A stretch of DNA of 62,200 nt, filler included, from Aduncisulcus paluster (taxonomy: Eukaryota), in NCBI GenBank assembly GCA_024181965.1. It is 3 parts of 3 records of this genome, joined end to end, with 100 filler letters (N's around TTAATTAATTAA, not from the genome) between each part and the next. Parts side by side here need not be neighbours in the genome. Positions count along the whole stretch, not along the records: positions 30,820 to 47,751 come from BQXS01010799.1; positions 47,852 to 62,200 come from BQXS01010800.1; 1 more part is not named here. One strand, written 5' to 3'. Positions 45,875 to 55,900 of the stretch are shown in pieces. The notes under the pieces were generated by a model that was given only the letters and a program-made list of their open reading frames with translations, did not search any database and had not been told where the DNA came from. The first letter of the stretch is position 1; every line of letters begins with the position of its first letter. The position numbers and the translations under genes are program-made.

Positions 45875-46867
45875 CTATAATTTGGGATAATAAGCAGCTA
45901 CAATCACAGAGAGAGGATGGGGAGTACCTTCTACCGAGGGAACATCATAGGTGGGATAAGGACCAAATGAACCAAATGAATATGCATGTCCTGGAAGTTT
46001 GTCAATCGAAAACTTTCTCTTCCCATGGGAAAATGCTCGGGAATGGGTGGAGAACGTAGCCTTTCCGGCAATCTCATCGAAATACACTTCACATATGCAA
46101 CGGTTCTTTGAGTCTCGCATTTCAAAGGAAATATTCCCATCTTCATGGATAACAGCCTTGAATGGGGGAATTGTTAAAGATGAATGGGTGCATTTCAAAT
46201 GCCCAACAGGAAGTGACAATATTCCGGCGCTAGAGCTCTTATCGTCAACAGAAGTTGATTCAAACTTATCTAATCCTGATGGAACTGTAGAAATACGGGC
46301 CGAATTAGGAGAAGTACCATCAGAACTCGATGAAGGATTTTCGTTTATACAACGAAGAGTCTCGAAGGAAACATTCCAAACCCATGAATACCCAGCACAT
46401 TTAATCAGTCCGTAAGGGTAATCTTCAATGAGTTTCCGATATCTGTCTTGAATAATAATAGATTTGGTTAATTGGAAACGAGGAACAATTCCAGGGACTG
46501 GCACAATTGGGGGAGGTCCGATCGGACATTTAATGGGTAAAGAAAGTTGAATATTCGCAAGTTCAGCAATAATATAAACAATTTCCGAGGCATCATCGGA
46601 AATATACATAAAAGGGTGATCTGACCTCAAATAACAAATCAATCCTTTTGGACTTACAAGTTCTTGTACCCGAAAAACATCAGAATATGGAAAAGATTTC
46701 GTGGGAACTAGCTCAGAGGAGAAAAAATTTGTTTTGCAGTTCTTAATGAGGTCAGAACTTAAAACAAGTTGTCTTGGCTGTTTTTTCCCATACATATTCA
46801 TTTTTAAACATTTAAAGGTCTTAGGACCCTTTTCACGAAGCCTTGCAACAATAGGGGAAACTAACAT
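45875..46867 (-). CDS. Hypothetical protein with possible N-terminal PH-like domain
   Basis: F...K.N.YGKKQ.R.LVLS...I.N resembles myosin-I TH1/PH-like beta1-beta3; Pro-rich linker; domain call tentative. Confidence 0.72.
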   Translation of the reverse strand: MLVSPIVARLREKGPKTFKCLKMNMYGKKQPRQLVLSSDLIKNCKTNFFSSELVPTKSFPYSDVFRVQELVSPKGLICYLRSDHPFMYISDDASEIVYIIAELANIQLSLPIKCPIGPPPIVPVPGIVPRFQLTKSIIIQDRYRKLIEDYPYGLIKCAGYSWVWNVSFETLRCINENPSSSSDGTSPNSARISTVPSGLDKFESTSVDDKSSSAGILSLPVGHLKCTHSSLTIPPFKAVIHEDGNISFEMRDSKNRCICEVYFDEIAGKATFSTHSRAFSHGKRKFSIDKLPGHAYSFGSFGPYPTYDVPSVEGTPHPLSVIVAAYYPKL

Positions 46868-46935
46868 CAAAGAGGAATTCTATAGAAACAAATATTTTGA
46901 AAAATTAAAAGAAAATACAAAAATATGGATAAGAT

Positions 46936-47089
46936 AACTTCAAAGAAGTTCACTAAGTTTCTAGCTTGGTCAAATCATCCTTTCAGTCGCCGGAGACTCC
47001 GAGCCCAGCTCATAGAGTCTACTCAGACTCCTAGTAGGAGTGAGTCTTCTATTGGTAGAGTCTCTCATTTTCATCCTGCAAAAATGAGA
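46936..47089. repeat. Dense inverted-repeat array (candidate structured element)
   Basis: CGGAG-A-CTCCG, GAGC-CCA-GCTC, GAGTCT-ACTC-AGACTC, ACTCCTA-G-TAGGAGT, enclosing GAGACTC...GAGTCTC, TCTCATTTT...AAAATGAGA. Confidence 0.8.
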
Positions 47090-47321
47090 AAATTATAATA
47101 TTGTATGGCCTACTATATATATCATAATTCTTTTTTTTTTTTAATTTGGATGGTGTGATGTGAAAGACAAAAAATCCCAAATCTGTCCTTAATTCTCACA
47201 TAATTCAGCCAATTTCGGGCTTATCTCAACGCATCTCCGCAATTAAAAATATAGAAAACATAATATATCCACTTAATTCCAATTTTTTTCTGGTAATTCT
47301 GTGGAGTATGCATTGCATACT

Positions 47322-47751
47322 ATGCAAGCCAACGACTATCAGAAATATTTTATCCATTTTGCTAAAATTGAGAACATGGCTGGTTGTGGAAAATCATGCT
47401 CTATGGCACGTCGAAGTGTTTTAGAGTTGAATGCTGATGCCGAACTCTATCTTCGCTCATCTCGTCGTATTTTTTCATATTTCAGGGCCTTCTACCAAGA
47501 TAAGGGAGAAACTAATGCTTTTACTGCCGTTGAGACTGATTTTAATCCAATTCCTGCCATTTACGACGGTGTTTGCTTTGCTGATTTGAGCAAGGAATGC
47601 TTAAATTCTTTCAGTATCTCAAGGCCCCGTTAAGGTGTTGAGGGTGTTGCTCTTTTCAAAAGCTCAGGTTTGAAGAACCTCAAAGCTGTGAAGAAGTTCG
47701 CTGAGAAAGAAGGTTTTGTTTTCGACCATCCTCTTTCTTCTGAACTTGATC
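47322..47751 (+). pseudogene. Coding-like frame interrupted by one TAA (47631-47633), truncated by linker gap
   Basis: The same frame continues 39 codons after the TAA with the same codon bias (GGT GTT GAG GGT GTT GCT CTT TTC...) up to the gap. Confidence 0.5.
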
Positions 47752-47851
47752 NNNNNNNNNNNNNNNNNNNNNNNNNNNNNNNNNNNNNNNNNNNNTTAAT
47801 TAATTAANNNNNNNNNNNNNNNNNNNNNNNNNNNNNNNNNNNNNNNNNNNN
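47752..47851. other. Artificial 100-nt contig linker (44N-TTAATTAATTAA-44N)
   Basis: Same construct as 30720-30819. Confidence 0.95.
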
Positions 47852-47905
47852 TCTTAAATAATTTGAATAGAATAATAATAATAATACATTATTAAAATAC
47901 ATATG

Positions 47906-47930
47906 GTGGTACTACCATAATTAGTAATTA
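47906..47930. repeat. 25-nt twin-palindrome element TACTA-N7-TAGTA (copy 3)
   Basis: (G)TGGTA-C-TACCA(T) overlapping with TAATTA-G-TAATTA. Confidence 0.8.
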
Positions 47931-48372
47931 CAAAATATTCAACTTCATTGGGACTGTAGATCCAGAAACGAAAACTCATAACAGAATACCCAATTCGGAT
48001 TTCAAAATATCTTCATTTCTTCAACAAAAATTGGCGCTGTATCTTTTCTAAGGAAGTATGGCCATTCAATAGCTGTCTAACATCAAGTTATCGGATACCC
48101 AGGAACTACAACAATATCATCATCGAAACATCAAAGAAAAAGCTATATATTGCATTGATAGTTGAAACCTTCTTTCTATATGTATATCCCGTTACCAAAT
48201 GTCATAATACGAATAAGGCCAGTAGAAAGGACCTCTGTTTTGGCTTTGCATGTAAATTATAACAACCATTCTTAATAAATAAATATATTTTGTCGCTATC
48301 TCGTCTATTTTTATTTGATTCCATTTTTCTGATATCGTTATAGCTTTTTACCATTTTACTGAGTACAATAAT

Positions 48373-49779
48373 ATGTGTTCAGATGGAGTAAAATTTAAAG
48401 AACTACCCTCATTAATCACAGCACACTATCGCCCGAGAGTAAAAGTACCGGCCACTGCCGTAGACGACCCACCTGTGTCGATATTTAAGAAAGGCAATGA
48501 AAATGATGATTTTGGAGCGAATATGAGTGAAGACATTCCAATAGAAGAAGAAAAAAAGCAATTGCCAGTGTTAGTTACACATGATGGCGCTAGCCATGCT
48601 GATGACATGCTCTCTTATTTCCTATTGAGACAATTGGATGAATATAAGGAAAATATTCTTATTCGGACTCGTGATGAAGGTATCATTAAATCTGCTGATG
48701 TTGTTTTTGATGTTGGTGGCGAATATGATCCTGAAATTCTCCGATTTGATCACCATCAAGGATCTTACCATGAAGTTTTCTCTGAAGCCACAAAAGATGT
48801 CACTATGGCTGCCTTTGGACTTCTTTACAAACATTTCGGGAAAAGAATTCTTAAGCAGTGGTTCCCTTCAAAATTACATGATGATGAGAAATTGGACTTT
48901 ATTCATAGCTATATCTATCTTAAATGGGTGCGTGAAATTGATGCTATTGACAATGGAATTGCTGTATGTGATGGAGACTTGAAATATACCCTTCAAACAA
49001 CCTTGTCTCAGCGTCTTCATGTGAAGGAGGATCTTCTTAAAGATCAAATGCGTGCTGAGCGTGAGGAGCAATTCAAGCAGGACAAAGAGGATGGAAAGAT
49101 CCCAAAAGAGCAAGAATTTAAGTTTTCTCTCACAGATGAGGAATATATTGATATTTTTAAACAATTCTCTGATTATGCCGGAACTGAATTTAAAGACTTT
49201 GCCACCCATAGTTTGGAGATGCTCAAATTGCTCAAAATAACCAAGAAAGCCTTTGAAAAGAGGTATGAAGTCCATTCCAGTGGTAAGATTATGGATATGA
49301 ACTACAAAGGATACTGTGACAAGGATATTCTTGTAATTCTCGAGGATAATGCTATTGCAGATGCCAAGAAGGACGGAAAACCAATTCCTGCTCGTGTATT
49401 GTATTTCTTGTACGGAAGAGATGAAGCTCACACTCGTGTTAGGGCTGTTGGAGTTCGTAATCATCCATTCCGTTGCAGAGCACCTTTCCCTGAAGCTTGG
49501 AGGGCCAAGACATCAGATAAGGAGTATGAACACGCCATTGGGGTGAAAGGAGTTACGTTTATTCACAAAACAGGCTTCCTCGCGGCCACAGTTGATCATG
49601 AAAGTGGAATGGCTTTGGCAATTAAGGCTTTGAATGATGCTGAGGATGACAGCCATCCCTTCTTGACAGTTGTCCTTCCTTTTATCGTCCTTGCAGCCGT
49701 GCTATTGTTGATTAGCTTCAAGTATCAACAAGCTTTTAAGAAGAAGGTTGGTTTTAGAGGATTTTTTGGAGATCAGTGA
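48373..49779 (+). CDS. MYG1: MYG1 (UPF0160, DHH-like exonuclease) with a C-terminal transmembrane tail
   Basis: THDG..HADD, RTRD, DVGG.YDP...RFDHHQ, GL.YKHFG, EIDAIDNG, R.PFPEAWR, FIH.TGF; start may be 48523. Confidence 0.9.
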   Translation: MCSDGVKFKELPSLITAHYRPRVKVPATAVDDPPVSIFKKGNENDDFGANMSEDIPIEEEKKQLPVLVTHDGASHADDMLSYFLLRQLDEYKENILIRTRDEGIIKSADVVFDVGGEYDPEILRFDHHQGSYHEVFSEATKDVTMAAFGLLYKHFGKRILKQWFPSKLHDDEKLDFIHSYIYLKWVREIDAIDNGIAVCDGDLKYTLQTTLSQRLHVKEDLLKDQMRAEREEQFKQDKEDGKIPKEQEFKFSLTDEEYIDIFKQFSDYAGTEFKDFATHSLEMLKLLKITKKAFEKRYEVHSSGKIMDMNYKGYCDKDILVILEDNAIADAKKDGKPIPARVLYFLYGRDEAHTRVRAVGVRNHPFRCRAPFPEAWRAKTSDKEYEHAIGVKGVTFIHKTGFLAATVDHESGMALAIKALNDAEDDSHPFLTVVLPFIVLAAVLLLISFKYQQAFKKKVGFRGFFGDQ

Positions 49780-49980
49780 GTACATCATAATTCTTGGCGG
49801 AGGGTTGCATTTGGAGACGAATATAACCTCAACGTGATTAAATTGAGTAAATTAGATTACATTCTCTCTCTACAAGAGAGTCTCAAGTGAGAATCGATCT
49901 CAGTATAGTATAGTACAGTACAGACCTTACCTTTAGCTGAAATGGATCTCAAAGACTTCAACAGATAACCAAAAAGACAC

Positions 49981-52900
49981 TCAAATTACATCAATAACAC
50001 CATTTTCTTCATCATTGTGGATATCAATTCGATCTTTGACGAGTTCTTCATTATCCATTAGCAACTTGAGAATTTTTACCTGCGCATATCCATCTGGATC
50101 GAAGAATACGTCATGTCTCATGCGGAGACAGCGTAAAATGAGCATATCGATCGATCTACACGCTGATAATAGCATGTGCTTGAATAGAAGATAGTAGATC
50201 AATGAGAAAATTAAGAGAATTGAAATGCAAACAAGGAGCAAGAATATGAGATTAGTTGATAGAGACGTCAGAATATGAAAGCTTCTTCCGTGAAACGAGA
50301 GAGAATCGTTATCCAGATATGCACTAATCCACCACATACGTACGAATAATTCTTTCCAATCCCAAGAAAGCTCAAGTTCGTTCAAAGAATCATTATACAG
50401 TCTGGATTCTTCATCGACTCCACTAAATCTGGCCACAATGGCTGCAAAAGCGTCCATTTTAGCAAAGAAAGAGTTTGTTATAATCCCCTCTTCGTCTTCT
50501 CTTAGTAAGATAGGAGCTACATGGGAACAATCGTCAGACGAAAGAGTTAAATATTTGATTTTATCTCCTTCTTCGATCTCTAACCCATTGGAACAAGGGA
50601 AACAATCGGGATACTCGTGTGGATCTGTCAATGCGATTGTATCAGATTCATCACCAAAAGATTCAATCATATCTTCAAGATAATTGTTGACAATATCAAT
50701 AATTACTGGTCTGAATTCATATTTGGAATCCGAATATCCTTTGGTACTTACAGACGCAGAACAGGAATCTGCAATTGAGGAAGAATTGAGGGAGGTTGGA
50801 GTTGAGAAATAGTTACCTTCAGCATTCCAATCTGATAAATTGTGAGAAACATCATTAAATGTATTAATATTGGTTCTATTTGAAATATCATTGAAGATAG
50901 AGTTTTCAATACCACTATTGCTGTTCGTTGAAAATAAGAGTTCTTGATTTGCAATACTGAATTCAATGAACTCTTTTGTGAATACTTTCTTGGTGAGACC
51001 ACACATTTGTACATTCAAAATATTGTTGACGAAGATCTCCCTGATGTTTGCATCACTCATGGAATGTGCAAACACATAGTTGCACCCTTTTCTCATTATT
51101 CGATCCAGTCTTTCCAAATGAATATTAATAACGTTTTTCTTCTCCCTAGTTTCTCCAGATACCTTCAAAAATCGTTCAAATCCATTCATAACTATCATTT
51201 GTGCATCGATATTGGCTCCAAAAATATCCAAACTGTTATGATAAAGATCCATGAGTCCAGCGAATCTCAAATATAGGAAAGTAATGATAATAACAGATCC
51301 AACAAGAACAGAAACAATGAGCCGAAACTCGTATTTGATGGTTGAATGAGAATTTTTAAGTGATTTGTCAATAGTTTTTTGTTCACCCGGCGGAAGATCT
51401 TTCAACATTCGCCCAACCTCACTGCACCGTTCAACGCCGAGAGTGACCCTAAATATCATTAATACCATTGTTAACAGTGAAGTTAAGACACTAATCATAC
51501 ATACTTTTTGGAGAATACTTCGAGATACATTGGTTTCAGAGGATGTATATTGCCAAAGAATCCCATTGATATCATCAACATAGCGGAGCAATCTCTTCAT
51601 TTTTTCCAAAATACTTGGGAAATATGTCGTCAAAATGGTATTTTTCTGGTCAAAAGAGAGGCAATCTACAGGAATATCTCCACTTTTCGTTGAATGAGGA
51701 TTCGACATAAAATATTCTTTTTCGATTTCCCTCATATCAGATTGCATTGAATTGATATCATCCATCATCTGTTGGAAAGGATAATTGATAAATATTGTTT
51801 CTATTTTGAGAGGAATGTCATCAGAATCCTTGAACAATGGATAAATGTGGTTGTACGGTTTGGAGGAGGATGTTTTCCCTGAGGGAACAAGCAGATCTGA
51901 GAAGAATGGTTTCATATCGGAATCAATCATCCCTTCTTCACTAAAATCGAATAAAATCCTGTCAAGAATATGCTTTGACTCAGAAACAATATGACCGAAA
52001 GCACTACTGGTGCCAGAATATACAGCTCTTACGGCTTGAAATATTCCCATCATGAGGGAGTTTTTGAAGTGAAATATGTTCGTTTCCCTGATATTCATCA
52101 TTCGAGACATATGTGACACATCATATAATCCATTATACCATCCAAAGCCAATAATAACTGACACCCATATAGCTGTAAAGATTGAAATGAATGATAAGAC
52201 AGAATTAATTGCACGAAACTTGTTTGACTCTGAAAATGGGCTATTTTTAGCTCTGAATAGAAGAGTAGACAAGAAGACCAATACACACAAGAACAGAATG
52301 GCATACAGAAGTGTCAGTGTCTTTGTACTAAGAGAAAATTCCTCGCTAGAAATATCTGCACTGATTGCTCTAATTGAATTGGACATTTTTGTATTGTTCT
52401 CGAAGACAATACTTGTCATAACATCATCAAGAAGTATGCTTTTTGCGGTCTCCTCGGGGTATGATATGGAATCAGATAATTTATACAATTGAGTGAATTC
52501 TTCATTCCCAATGGCATAACCCTCAGTCATTTCATCAGAAAAGGCGAATGAACGGAGCAATTCATCTGTCACCGAGAAAACGTCCTCTGACATGTCATCA
52601 ATGATATTCATTGCGCTATAATGGATACTATTGGCAAGTTTAAGCAAATATTCATTGTTAGAATTATGCTCATTGTCATATCCAAATCGATAGAGCTCCA
52701 CTTGAAAATCATCCCATCCCCGGGCCACATCAGAGAGATACGCCTTGTCCTCCGTCAAAGCAAAGGCCAAAACATTTAATAAACCCATATGTCGATGCTC
52801 TAATTGATAAGTCTGCAAATGACGAGATGTTGAAAGCTTTGCAATCTCATTTCGAGGAATATCACTAAAGAGGAGAATTGAGCGGAAACAAACAAACATG

Positions 52901-55900
52901 AGAAATCCACCAAGGATTAGCACACATGCAAATAAGATAGTTAAATGCTGAGTCTTTGCCTCACTGAAGAATATATCAGATTCCAACTGGAGAGCTTTTT
53001 CACCAAGACCAGATGCAGGAATCTCTGAGAAAGTACTCCCATCCTCAACTTCCCATGATCTTAAATGTGTGGATATTGGGTTATGTTTTTGATGCTGACG
53101 AATAACGTAACTATTCGAACGGTGTACATGTAAAGATGATTTGGAAGGATTCGCCAGAATTGATGGGATAGATCGACCTGAAGTAGCCGTTGGAGAATGC
53201 TTAATACTTCGAAGACTGTGAACACTCTGTGAACGAAGACTTGATGCCGACAAAGACGACGAGGGTTGACCTCCTGGTTTGAGGCATGATGAAGAAGATG
53301 ATCGGTTACCAAGGGTTCGAGAGTAAGGGATTTGATGAATACTATCAGATTTAATAATTGAATTGGGCCATTTTTGTGATTGGTTGCCTGAACCTCCAGG
53401 TCTCTCATCATCTTTTCCATCAAGCATTTTCTTGTCGGGCAAGGATGAAGAAGAAGTATCTTTCTCAATATCCATTTTTAGAATTGATATAGCATACAAA
53501 TTCGTGTTACAAAGAGAAAGTTGGAACGATCCTGATCTTGATAAAGCAAGACGGTATATACTTCCCAGGATAGGAACATAAAACAATACAACAATGAACA
53601 GAAAACTCAACAAGAAAATGATTTTTTGCATATTTCCACTCCACGTGATGAGATCTTTGATAACATTGTTCATACGAACGATTTGAAGGGTGATTATTGC
53701 AGTGTTTGAGACAATGGATTTATATGAGGGTGAATTCATCATTGAACTGGCGTACTCCATTCCAAGCGATAATTGGTCATTCAACGAAGACACAGAAAGT
53801 AAAGTTTCATCAAATATTTTGGCTTGATTGATAATTTCACTCAAATTATTTGCAAAGACATCACTAATATCAAGAATAGAGATCGTTTCAATCCGACTCA
53901 CATCAGATGAAGAGAACAACTCTAATTGCATAATTTCCTGATAAAGAGGTTGCAAGATGCACCGAGAATCCTTTGAATAATAAATTGGATCGGTTTCTAT
54001 CTCTCCTTTTGAGGAATAATATATCTCACATCCTGGAGTTGCTTCAAGGACTTTTGCGAGGGAAGTGGTGAGAATGTCTGAATAATATGCTAGTTCTACC
54101 TGGAGAAGGGATATATCCTCCACAATAAATAGTGGATTCGTAGATGCTGGCCAATATAGGACACTGGGGGCTTCATCGGAGTCCTCAGCATCATCAGTGT
54201 CATTAATAAAGTCTTGAGGTATTATTGGGGAAGATACGGATGGGAAAGTATCCGGATAATTACTAAATGTAGATGAATGAAACGAATCCGCTTGATATCG
54301 AGCAAAGAATTGTTCTTCGTTATCATTTTCTTCATAAATATTGTAATTAAGTGATTTTCCATTGCAATATATTGTACTAACATCAGTACCACAGATACCA
54401 GAACTCAAGAAGGCGCCAGAATAAGCAAAGGGGAGCGAATACACTGATTTAAAAATCTGAAGAAGGGTTTTTCCAAGGACACTCACAGTATCCGTCAAGT
54501 TAATATTATGTTGCCATGTTGATATTCTGAAATGCAACAGTATGAATAGAGTTATTGAAGAAACGATGAAGACTCCGATGATGGTGATCATTGTAATTCT
54601 TTCGCGGAGAAACAAGGAAGTTGATAAGAGATACCCTTGCTCAAGGAGCATTGTTGTTTTCGGAAATAAATTCGTATGTAAGCCATAGCCTGTGTCAGAA
54701 TTATCCATATCATCCTTGGGTTTGCTTGACGATGGAGGGGAGGAGAGAGAGGAAGAGGAAGAGGATGAGGCAGAAAGAGAAGGAATCAAGCCATCTCCAT
54801 CTCCTAGTCTTGATATGGATTTAATCTTTTTCTTCAATGTCATTGATACTTTTTCAGCAGTTATATTGCTGGAAGAGGGTGGACATTTCTTCTGATGAGC
54901 CCTCTCAACTTCAACTTCAATCTTAATTCTGTCATAATTTCTCTCATTTCTTCTTGTCCTCACTGTTCCTTTTCTTGATTCCTGGAATATTCGATTTTGA
55001 TGGATCTGAATAAATCGAGCAAGTCCCTTGTTGTGCCATAATTCAGCGACAAGGGTATACAGAAGACGCAACATCTTCTGTGACTTCTCTGATGACACTC
55101 TATCTCGAATACTCTCACACAGAATTGACCGAACTGTGGCTGACATTGAGTTGTACATGACAACTTTAGCCACATCATCAATGTGGGAGAGGGAGAGGAT
55201 TGATGAGGAAAATGAGTTGTTAAGGGAGGAGAGAGAGGACGCCAAAGCAAGTAGATACATGATTGAGAAAGAAGAAGCGGAGGAGAGATCTGTTCGTGAG
55301 GGAGTTGATCGAATAAACTTCTGGAGATCAAAGGTCTCCGGAGAATCAAAACTTCCAAAGAAGGCCAAAGATTGATTAATAACAGAAATGGAGGGGTAAA
55401 GTGCACGGGCATATTCCATTAACTCAGCTTTAGTCCGTGAATCATAATAAAACTGTCCGTCACTATTAATTAGGACAGATCGAAAGGAACCAGAAGCAGA
55501 GCTAGAGCCTGAAGTTGGGATTGATGTGGATGCACTTGTTGCAGGTGGCTGGCCCATTTCCATTGATGGTTGGACTCCATGAGAATCATTGTCACTCTTG
55601 TGTTGGAATAGCTTCTGTGCGGTTAAAAATGAGGAAGTCCCCGCTGTGGGTTTGACTGATGTGGCAAGTCCAGGAGTTGAGCTTGAGTGCGATGGATCTC
55701 TTTCATGTTCATGTTCATCACTCAGATCGTCATCAACTGTCCCATGCGACCGGTATCCATGGAAATGCTCATTCGAAGAGGTGCAGTGTGACTTATCAGT
55801 CAAACCTACAATGTTGGAGGGATCATGAGGAATGAAACAGGATGAATTTTCATTGGATTTATGGTTATCAGGTGGAATGTTATCGATGGCAAGAAACTCT

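Noticed and set aside
30764-47807. TTAATTAATTAA palindromes (piggyBac-like TTAA sites)
   Set aside because: Centred in 44N+44N blocks; an artificial six-frame stop linker. Gene adjacency across them is unreliable, and the eIF2alpha 'stop' at 30768 is fake.
26532-49464. Long antisense ORFs (26532-27104, 33112-33654, 48874-49464) and many short overlapping ORFs
   Set aside because: They are shadows of well-supported codon-biased sense genes and have no independent motifs.
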